Positions 8,160-14,596 of a stretch of 36,697 bases of DNA are shown here, piece by piece. The stretch's first letter is position 1. Each line of letters begins with the position of its first letter. Location: IMG/VR virus record IMGVR_UViG_3300037506_000345, positions 1-36,697 of that record; one strand, 5' to 3'. A program made the translations under genes and the position numbers. The notes under the pieces are model-generated. The model searched no databases. It was not told the origin of the DNA and saw only the letters and a program-made list of their open reading frames with translations. Source of the DNA: a virus. Its lineage: Duplodnaviria; Caudoviricetes.

Positions 8160-8617
8160 CGCCTCTCCTCCAAGTAATCCTCCCACGCCTTCCTGGCTAA
8201 GTCGTCCCCCTGATTAGCGGCGTGCAATAGAGCGTATTCCTCTGATTGGTCCCCCACCGTGTAACCATCGAAGAACAACTGGTCTTTCCACCAGTGTGGG
8301 TCAGAGACGTACCACTTGTGGTTTTTCTGGTAGATTTGAACCGGGCCGACGGCGTTAAGCCTCCCCTGCGTTGTCCTCGTCCGGTGCCCCCCGCAGTTCA
8401 GGATGACCCGCCCGTCACGCAGGAAGGTTAAGATGGGCGTACGGTAAAGCACCACCTGGATGACATCCGTGTGCTTGCGCCCGGCCGGGTCTACGTACTC
8501 TCGCTCCGGACGCAAGTACGTGTTCGGCCCGAGCGAACTTTTGCCCCTGGCGAGACGCATCTCACACTCCGCATAGCCCAACCGGCCCGTCTGCCGGATT
8601 GCCTTCGCTACCGCCAT
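8156..8617 (-). CDS. Hypothetical protein with C-terminal TIGR02996-like half-motif
   Basis: LNCGGHRTRTTQGRLN...IYQKNHKWYV core; tail ALLHAANQGDDLARKAWEDYLEER. Confidence 0.8.
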   Translation of the reverse strand: MAVAKAIRQTGRLGYAECEMRLARGKSSLGPNTYLRPEREYVDPAGRKHTDVIQVVLYRTPILTFLRDGRVILNCGGHRTRTTQGRLNAVGPVQIYQKNHKWYVSDPHWWKDQLFFDGYTVGDQSEEYALLHAANQGDDLARKAWEDYLEERR

Positions 8618-8632
8618 GACTTCCCCCTTTTG

Positions 8633-8992
8633 TTAGTGGATTTTCCTATGACCATCCGGGCGGTAATAACGGCTCGTGTCCAGCGAGGCATGGTCATCCC
8701 CCACCTCGTTCGTCCACACCGTTACCACCCGCCACGGCAGACTTTCGACCGCCACCACCAGGCACAAATCCCTGTGGTCGTACCTGAGGCGGAAGCCCAT
8801 CTTGACCACCCGCCCCCCGTCTACTGCGACCTCGAACACCCGGCAAACCGTCGTGTCGAGGTAGGCCGGAAGGGTCACCCCGTCATTCGCGGCCTCTCGG
8901 ATTGCGTGCTTCGTGTGGGCAAGCATAAACTTGCCCTTCGGCGTCCACATCTTCGGGGGGATGTAGACCGCCGGTGAGTACAGGGTCATCAC
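8633..8992 (-). CDS. Hypothetical phage protein (HA-x-x-EA-x-x-D...TVW-x-N-x-x-x-D-x-H-x-x-LD motif)
   Basis: Coupled start and coding composition. Confidence 0.8.
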   Translation of the reverse strand: MMTLYSPAVYIPPKMWTPKGKFMLAHTKHAIREAANDGVTLPAYLDTTVCRVFEVAVDGGRVVKMGFRLRYDHRDLCLVVAVESLPWRVVTVWTNEVGDDHASLDTSRYYRPDGHRKIH

Positions 8993-9321
8993 TTTTTCTC
9001 CGTTAGTTCTAAGTACTGTTTTAATGTTTTTAGCAGGTCTGTTGTCCTCAACACTTCACCGGTGCGGTCTCCATCCGTGGTCCATACGCTAAACATCCAA
9101 CTGTTTTCCTCGATGAATTGGCACGCCATTATGTCTATGGACCGGTCCCCGTGTGGAGACAGGTAGACAGTCCCGTGGTCGTAGTTATGCTTAGACGAGT
9201 CTTTGAGGAAACCCCTCACCTCCCCGTACCTCGCGAGGAATTCCACCATGTCGTCCGGCCCCCACAGCAGCCGGTCGTCTCCCAGCCTAACCCACAAGGG
9301 CTTGTCCGTCCGCAACGGCAT
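8989..9321 (-). CDS. Hypothetical early protein, paralog family A
   Basis: WGPDDMVEFLARYGEV, NSWMFSVW, DLLKTLKQYL. Confidence 0.85.
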   Translation of the reverse strand: MPLRTDKPLWVRLGDDRLLWGPDDMVEFLARYGEVRGFLKDSSKHNYDHGTVYLSPHGDRSIDIMACQFIEENSWMFSVWTTDGDRTGEVLRTTDLLKTLKQYLELTEKK

Positions 9322-9323
9322 TA

Positions 9324-9521
9324 CTACCTCCCTGCGAGTTTGTACTCGCGTCTGTCACCCATCCCCCTTACCTCGATAGTTTCCTCCACCACTAGCAGGG
9401 AAAGCACATGCTCCCCCAGCTTCCCGGCCGGCACCACCTCGCGGAGACGGTGCCAGTGACCATCCCCCAGTATCCCCACCACCCTCTGCGTGGTCAGGAC
9501 GACCAGTTTTCTGTCAAACAT
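9324..9521 (-). CDS. Small winged-helix-like protein
   Basis: ILGDGHWHRLREV...LSLLVVEETIEVRGMGDRREYKL pattern. Confidence 0.65.
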   Translation of the reverse strand: MFDRKLVVLTTQRVVGILGDGHWHRLREVVPAGKLGEHVLSLLVVEETIEVRGMGDRREYKLAGR

Positions 9522-9554
9522 TTTAGCATCACCCTACGACTATGTAAACGCGTG

Positions 9555-9761
9555 TTACAACGGGTTAACGGGCACGACGACGGGGGCCTTTCCCCCCGTT
9601 TCGTCTTGGTCCACGATGACCCTCAACTCCCCGTCATACCAGTCTAGCACCACCTCGCAGAAACCCTTCCCCTCCACATGGGGCATCAGCCGCAGGAACC
9701 CCCCGACCACCCTGGCGTTGACGACCAGCGTTTTCCCCGTGTTGTCGGTCAGCTTGAACAT
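9555..9761 (-). CDS. Hypothetical protein
   Basis: GGAGG RBS, ATG 9761. Confidence 0.75.
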   Translation of the reverse strand: MFKLTDNTGKTLVVNARVVGGFLRLMPHVEGKGFCEVVLDWYDGELRVIVDQDETGGKAPVVVPVNPL

Positions 9762-9802
9762 GCCCAACCTCCCACTAACACACCCCCCACACAGGGGGCA
9801 AA

Positions 9803-9860
9803 CGGAAGGGCCGGGAATCGAACCCGGCGGACGCGGATGCGCCCTACCCCCACCCTTCCG
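9803..9860 (-). ncRNA. tRNA-like element 1 (58 nt; 8-bp acceptor + canonical T-arm, no D-stem, no anticodon loop)
   Basis: CGGAAGGG-tgggggta-GGGCGC atcc GCGTCC-g-CCGGG TTCGATT CCCGG-CCCTTCCG; starts 4 nt after a stop codon. Confidence 0.75.
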
Positions 9861-9864
9861 GAGC

Positions 9865-10041
9865 TTACCTTACTACCAGCCGGGCCTTGCTGGTCGGGGT
9901 CACTACTCGGTACTTCCCCCTGAGCAGCGACAACAGCTTTTCCTTGTCTGTGTGGACCGCCACCACGCGGCCCCTCGACATCGCAAACCACCCGGGAGAG
10001 CCGCTAATCAGCTCCCCCGTCCTCAGGTATACCGTCTTCAT
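9865..10041 (-). CDS. Hypothetical protein (58 aa, not in ORF track)
   Basis: GGAG RBS; MKTVYLRTGELISG...ARLVVR*. Confidence 0.65.
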   Translation of the reverse strand: MKTVYLRTGELISGSPGWFAMSRGRVVAVHTDKEKLLSLLRGKYRVVTPTSKARLVVR

Positions 10042-10042
10042 C

Positions 10043-10402
10043 TCACTCCCCCTTAAAAATCACCCCGGACATAGCCTTGGAAGAGTCCACGTACCTCTCG
10101 CCTGGGCCGAACCACGTCTCGACCCTCCCGGGTAAGTTTTCCCCTCCCCTGTAGGCGTTGACGAACCCCTTCGAGGGGTTCTCCAACACCTCCCACGCCA
10201 CCAACTCCCCCATCGCCCTTATGGGGATAAGGTAGGTCGTCCCCTCCCTGAACCCAATCTGATACTCCCCTGCCCAGGGGAGAAAACATGTCCCCGCCTC
10301 ATCCCCCACTGCCGTAAACCCCTACAACACCCTCCCCGCCTCATCCAAACTGGCAAGGTCATCCCGGGCAATCTGCCTCGCCCGATTGCTGATAAAGTAC
10401 AT
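10043..10402 (-). pseudogene. Hypothetical protein with in-frame TAG at 10324-10322 (or a shorter CDS from GTG 10309)
   Basis: ATG 10402 is in frame with the 10043-10309 ORF but separated from it by a single TAG. Confidence 0.5.
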
Positions 10403-10436
10403 GGTCGCGACCCCTGGTTTAATAGCTGAGACAACC

Positions 10437-10502
10437 GGTCTCGTCGGCGTCCGCACCACGGGCGGACACGCAAGGGAATCGCTCCCCCTGCGTGTTTCGG
10501 CC
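10437..10502 (-). ncRNA. Type II hammerhead ribozyme, degenerate (U4C core change, stem mismatches)
   Basis: GGCC-GAAA-CACGCAGGG...CCCTTGCGTG-TC / CGCCC gtggtgc GGACG-CCGACGA-GACC; starts 3 nt after stop 10506. Confidence 0.6.
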
Positions 10503-10505
10503 TAC

Positions 10506-10970
10506 TTACCCCACCCAACAAGGCACGTCGTCGGGGTGGACGTGGACGACCATAGTCGCCTCCTTCCCGCAGAAGGTCCCGCCCCGGACGATGATTTCCC
10601 CCTTGTTCAGGCGGGTCGTCTCGCGGTCGTTACCCCTGAACGGGTCTATGTCTAGGAAGACGGACACCTTCCCATCCCTCACCAGAACGTAGGTAGACTT
10701 GCTCCCCCCTGACCAGTACCGCCCCGCCAGCGTTACCGTCGTCGTAACCTCAAGCAGCGCCGACCGTTTGCGGTATCGCGGGAAGGTCTTCCGGAGACGG
10801 GCCAACCCAGCCCGGCTGACCTCCAACCCCCACCCCTTCCCCAGGGCGGCGGCTATCACCCTTTGCCGGGCCGCCTCCCCCATCTCCCCCCTCTCCTCGT
10901 GCCAGTCGGCCAGCGCCAGCCGGCCTAGCTTGTCCATCGGGTCGGCGGCGACGGCTTGCAGCATGTCCAT
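10506..10970 (-). CDS. TIGR02996 (repeat-companion) domain protein
   Basis: MLQAVAADPMDKLGRLALADWHEERGEMGEA matches the TIGR02996 pattern; then YWSGGS-x-STY and GTFCGK motifs; GAGG RBS. Confidence 0.85.
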   Translation of the reverse strand: MDMLQAVAADPMDKLGRLALADWHEERGEMGEAARQRVIAAALGKGWGLEVSRAGLARLRKTFPRYRKRSALLEVTTTVTLAGRYWSGGSKSTYVLVRDGKVSVFLDIDPFRGNDRETTRLNKGEIIVRGGTFCGKEATMVVHVHPDDVPCWVG

Positions 10971-10998
10971 GTTTGACCTCGTGTTGTGTTCGGGGTTG

Positions 10999-11301
10999 TT
11001 ACCCCTTGGTTGTGGCCATCTTCAGTACCCGCCTAACGGGTAGACCACACCGAGGTTCCCCCCGGTGTGGTTTCGGCCTGTCAACCTGGCTGGTCCCGAA
11101 CCAGCCAGCCACGTTGTACCCTGTCACCCCCGCCATCCCCACAAGGGTAACCGTCTCGACCCTGTGCCCGAGACGGCCGTAATACTTCCGCCTCACCTTG
11201 ACCGACCCCTCAAGGGGCTTGCCGTCCAGGTAGACCTTGTCATGCCTGAACCACTGCCCCCAGCGCCCCTTGACCGTGGTTCCCTGTACCACCGTAATCA
11301 C
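10999..11301 (-). CDS. Hypothetical protein (3' end overlaps the hammerhead; true end uncertain)
   Basis: GTGA coupling with the upstream gene; frame open to 10999. Confidence 0.55.
   Translation of the reverse strand: MITVVQGTTVKGRWGQWFRHDKVYLDGKPLEGSVKVRRKYYGRLGHRVETVTLVGMAGVTGYNVAGWFGTSQVDRPKPHRGEPRCGLPVRRVLKMATTKG
11014..11078 (-). ncRNA. Type II hammerhead ribozyme, intact core; predicted cleavage after GUC (3' of nt 11043)
   Basis: GGCC-GAAA-CCACACCGGGG..CCTCGGTGTGG-TC / TACCCG ttagg CGGGTA-CTGAAGA-T-GGCC: all three stems and all core nucleotides present. Confidence 0.9.
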
Positions 11302-11525
11302 GCTCCACCTTCTCGGGGCATCCGGCACGCGGCCCGGAGGGCGGCGGGACAGCCCGCCCACACGCTCCACCGGTTGCCGTCGTGGGAGATGGCCCACCCC
11401 TCGAACTCGACCACCTGCCCCGTCTCCGCCGCCAGCGGCGCGGCGTCGCCGACCTCCTCGCGGATGTCGCCCGGGTGGACGCCCACCCACTTCGCCAGCC
11501 GGGCAATCGCCTCACGCACGGTCAT
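11298..11525 (-). CDS. Hypothetical protein
   Basis: AAGG RBS, ATG 11525. Confidence 0.7.
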   Translation of the reverse strand: MTVREAIARLAKWVGVHPGDIREEVGDAAPLAAETGQVVEFEGWAISHDGNRWSVWAGCPAALRAACRMPREGGA

Positions 11526-11619
11526 ACCTTTTCCCCTTGGGTTGTGCGGACCCGCCACGGTATAGCGGGTCCAAATAGAGGGATATATAACACAGTGAGA
11601 GAGGTGTGGGGGTTACATC

Positions 11620-11724
11620 TTACCCCCTCGTGATGCCAAGGTCTGCGTTGTACGCCCACCGGCCGGTGACGGCATACCTGTCCCCCCCGATGGGGGCGAT
11701 GTCGTAAAACCCGGCCTTGCTCAC
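11620..11724 (-). CDS. Micro-ORF (34 aa) MSKAGFYDIAPIGGDRYAVTGRWAYNADLGITRG
   Basis: GGAGGT RBS 6 nt before GTG. Confidence 0.5.
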   Translation of the reverse strand: MSKAGFYDIAPIGGDRYAVTGRWAYNADLGITRG

Positions 11725-11801
11725 CGCGCTACCTCCGCAGACACGCAGGGGGCATGGGGCGGGAACGCCAGCGCCACCCCCTGACACCCCCTGCTAGTAA
11801 A

Positions 11802-11881
11802 GGGCAAGCCCCCGGAGTCGAACCGGGCACGCGGCCTTGTGGGTAACCCCACAGTGGGCGCACGGTCCCCGCCGGCTTGCC
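11802..11881 (-). ncRNA. tRNA-like element 2 (8-bp acceptor + canonical T-arm, no D-stem, extended central helix)
   Basis: GGCAAGCC-ggcggggacc-[GTGCG..TGTGGG gtta CCCACA..CGCGT]-g-CCCGG TTCGACT CCGGG-GGCTTGCC. Confidence 0.75.
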
Positions 11882-12410
11882 TGTCAACACGGGGGGAACG
11901 CACGCGACACAATCGGCGGGGGAACGTAATCCACGCCCGCACGTCGCGCGCCCTTTCCCGTGTTTGTCCGCCCTACCCCCCCGTTTGACTATCGAGGGGT
12001 TGTTGTTTCGAGTCTGCCCCAGCGTCGCGGACGCGCCGGGAGACCTTTATCGTAGGGGAAAGTTACCGCTTTGTGCGGCAACCCCAAGGGGACTTGCCCC
12101 CGTGCCTGATGCAAGGGGATGCGACACTCATCCCGATGCACTGTTGTCGATACTCCCGCTCTTCGCGGGCGGTATCCAGGCCCACCCATGCTACGTCCCG
12201 GTTTCAACAGGGGGTTAACCGGTAACCCGGCCTCGCGGCCTTCTCAACCGTTTACGGTAGGTCATCCGGGCACGCTAGTGCCATCGCTCCGCGGTCGGTT
12301 GCCCTGCCGGTTGGGCAGGGACAACCGTTGTGCTGTTGCGTGCGGGCTTGCCCCCCCGCAGGGGGTGGGCGGGTAACCCCCCGCCCAGGGGTTGGGCGAT
12401 ACCCCCAGAG
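11882..12410 (-). ncRNA. Candidate large structured ncRNA (~530 nt)
   Basis: No credible ORF; at least 10 consecutive hairpins, several with G-U pairs and one GCGA tetraloop, which favour the minus strand. Confidence 0.6.
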
Positions 12411-12413
12411 GGG

Positions 12414-13427
12414 TTACTTGCCCGCGATGAGGGCGATGGCCGCGTTCAGGTCGGCCACGCCGACATGGAACCGCCGGGCGACCTCCGCGAGCAAGTCGGC
12501 GTCGTTCACGGCCGACAGTGGGTGGGCGGTCTGCGCCGCGGTCGCCAGCGCCGGGTTGCTCGCCGGGGCGGTCGAGGCCGCGAGCGGGGTCTCCGGGGCC
12601 GCCGGGCTGTTGAGGTGATGGCGGCAACGGTCCTTCCCGCTTAGGGCTGGTGCGCCGCAGGGGGTGCCGTCCTTCTTGACCCCGCGGCACCGGCCGCCGG
12701 CCTCAGTAGCCGGGGCCGCAAATGTGGTGATAACCACACCTTCTCCCGCCGGGGCCGGGGCCGGGGCGACCGGGGCCGGGGGCGAGGCCGGGGCGACCGG
12801 GGCCGGGGCGACCGTGGCGTTGGCCTTAACCGTCGCGCTCGTGCGGGTGGGCGTCTTAGCGGCCTTCTCCGCGGCCGGGGCCGGTGTCGATGTGGCCTTC
12901 TCCGTGGCCGCCGCGAGCAACTTGCGGCGCACTCCCACAGCCAGCCCCCAAGTTCTGCTAAGCTGGTCCAGTTCTTCTTGCGATGCGGCACTGTTAACCA
13001 GTGCCACAATGGCCTGGCTGGCCCGGTCAATGTCGAAGGGGGCGGGGGCAACCTGGGCGGGGGCAACCGGGGCGGGGGCAACCGGGGCGGGGGCAACCGG
13101 GGCCGGGGCGGACGGGGCTGGGGTAGCCTCGCAGACGCGAACGCTGTAGACGCCTCCCTTATCGGTCCGGCCCTGGACGCCGTAGGCCAGCACTGGGGAG
13201 GCCAACACCTTCCCCGACTTGGTGGTGTAGCTTACGGTCTCGTCGGCGTTGAGGGTCAACACGTCGGGGCTGACTCCCCACTCCTGCCCCATGCTGTTCT
13301 TGATGAACACCAAGCGGTTGCCAACCGTCAGGGTTAAAGACTCGCCCGCGTGCTTTCCGTAGGTGCAAACCCACGTAAACTTGCTGCCGGTCGCGGGGAC
13401 GGAAGCGGGGAAGTTGATGGTCGCCAT
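12414..13427 (-). CDS. First gene of the left arm: Ala/Pro-rich multidomain protein with CCCH-type Zn finger
   Basis: AGGAG RBS, ATG 13427; APAPV repeats; RCRGVKKDGTPCGAPALSGKDRCRHH. Confidence 0.85.
   Translation of the reverse strand: MATINFPASVPATGSKFTWVCTYGKHAGESLTLTVGNRLVFIKNSMGQEWGVSPDVLTLNADETVSYTTKSGKVLASPVLAYGVQGRTDKGGVYSVRVCEATPAPSAPAPVAPAPVAPAPVAPAQVAPAPFDIDRASQAIVALVNSAASQEELDQLSRTWGLAVGVRRKLLAAATEKATSTPAPAAEKAAKTPTRTSATVKANATVAPAPVAPASPPAPVAPAPAPAGEGVVITTFAAPATEAGGRCRGVKKDGTPCGAPALSGKDRCRHHLNSPAAPETPLAASTAPASNPALATAAQTAHPLSAVNDADLLAEVARRFHVGVADLNAAIALIAGK
13039..13110 (-). repeat. 15-bp coding tandem repeat (APAPV)n
   Basis: About 4.5 copies of GTTGCCCCCGCCCCG. Confidence 0.85.
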
Positions 13428-13490
13428 GGTACAGGTCTCCTGCCCCGTCAGGTGGGGCGGCCCGCGCCGCCGGGAGAGAAGTTCGCCCGG

Positions 13491-13592
13491 TCGGCACATC
13501 GCTTGTCGGCGGGAGGTTTCCCGCCGGCCGAGTCCCCCGACGCACGTCGCGACGGGCCGGACTCGGCAGCTGATACGTCGGGGCGAGGTTTC
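13491..13592. repeat. Imperfect direct repeat, 72-bp period: TCGGCA-N8-GTCGG-N4-AGGTTTC
   Basis: Units at 13491-13520 and 13563-13592. Confidence 0.7.
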
Positions 13593-13714
13593 TCGGGGGG
13601 GGTTTTTTCGGGCGGGCGGGTTACCCCCTGCCGGCGGCCCCCCGGGGGGGCGGGGTGCAAACGCAACTCCCCCCACCCACTCCTTCTTGTCACTCCCAAC
13701 CTTTCACGGTTTCC

Positions 13715-13742
13715 ATTATAAGATGTTCCTGAGAAAAGTCAA
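13715..13742 (-). promoter_or_regulatory. sigma70-type promoter TTGACT-16-TATAAT facing the left arm
   Basis: -35 at 13742-13737, -10 at 13720-13715. Confidence 0.75.
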
Positions 13743-13775
13743 GCTGGGCGTATAGAACGGTATGGGGTGTGAACT

Positions 13776-13976
13776 ATGCAAGACATTATGGAAGTTGGCG
13801 GCGTACTGTGGGTGCGAGGGGAGCACCCTGTGGAGCTCGGGGTCAGCGGCTCAGGGGTCAGGGGTGACGAGCTGCGAGGGGAACGAGTGCAAGGGTGGGT
13901 CGTGGCCGGGGTTCAGGATGCGGCCGTTACCGGAGCAGCACCCGAGGGTGGGGACGATGATGGCGATGTGGTGTGA
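13776..13976 (+). CDS. Hypothetical protein
   Basis: GGGGTG RBS; G-ending codon usage like its neighbours. The alternative Cys-rich frame 13762-14052 is possible. Confidence 0.45.
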   Translation: MQDIMEVGGVLWVRGEHPVELGVSGSGVRGDELRGERVQGWVVAGVQDAAVTGAAPEGGDDDGDVV

Positions 13977-14038
13977 GGGGTGCGGGAGGTACAGTTACCG
14001 GTTGCCGGGGGGTGAGTTCCCGGGGAGGTGTGTGCACT

Positions 14039-14596
14039 GTGTACATTCCTGAGGGGATGACTGAGGCGGAGGTGACGGAGGAGGTGACGAGGGTTGTGGA
14101 CACGGTGTCGCCGACGTTCGTGTTCGGGTACCTGGCGTTGGAGGACGTGAAGCAGATAGCGTGGCAGTTCGCCATCGAGCTGCTGAACAAGAGGACGTAC
14201 GACCCGGGGAAGCCTCTGGCGAACTACCTGTACGTGCACGTGAAGCGTCGCTTGTTGAACATGAGGCGGGACCTGCTGAGGCGGTCAGACCCGCCGTGCC
14301 GGGAGTGCCACAACGGGGGTTCGTGTCGCGGCGGGGGGTGGTGCGAGCGGTACGAGGCGTGGGTGTCGCGGAACAACGCGAAGGCGAACCTGATGGAGCC
14401 GCTGGGTTTCGACCGCGCACCGGAGCAAGGCGGCGGTGGTGACGAGGCGGAGGTGAGGGAGGCGTTGCTGCGAATCGACGAGGAGCTGCCCGCCGCGTTG
14501 AGGGCGGACTACCTGAAGATGAGGGCGGGGGTGGCGGTGCCGAAGGCTCGCAGGGAGGCCGTGTTGGAGGCGGTGCGGGGGATAGTGGGTGGCTAA
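14039..14596 (+). CDS. Phage sigma-factor-like protein (region 2-like) with Cys4 insert
   Basis: GGAGGT RBS + GTG; EDVKQIAW...YDPGKPLANYLYVHVKRRLLN; CREC...C...C. Confidence 0.7.
   Translation: MYIPEGMTEAEVTEEVTRVVDTVSPTFVFGYLALEDVKQIAWQFAIELLNKRTYDPGKPLANYLYVHVKRRLLNMRRDLLRRSDPPCRECHNGGSCRGGGWCERYEAWVSRNNAKANLMEPLGFDRAPEQGGGGDEAEVREALLRIDEELPAALRADYLKMRAGVAVPKARREAVLEAVRGIVGG

Noticed and set aside
2501-10324. Stop-codon reassignment suggested by isolated in-frame TAG (10324) and TGA (2515)
   Set aside because: TAA, TAG and TGA all terminate well-supported genes elsewhere in the window; isolated nonsense changes are simpler.
9803-11881. Calling the two T-arm elements true tRNA genes or tmRNA
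   Set aside because: No D-stem, no 7-nt anticodon loop, no G3-U70 Ala identity, no tag ORF or CCA.
11079-11887. TTGACA hexamers before hammerhead 1 and tRNA-like 2 as promoters
   Set aside because: No -10 element at 16-18 bp spacing.
12000-12270. Additional hammerheads suggested by GAUGA and GAAAC words
   Set aside because: Cores read CGGAUGA/GGGAUGA and three stems cannot be closed around them.
12330-12362. Twister-like GCGG..CAAGCCCGC hairpin
   Set aside because: The loop has a G run instead of the conserved U-N-N, and the downstream GCAGAG-type and UAA segments are absent.
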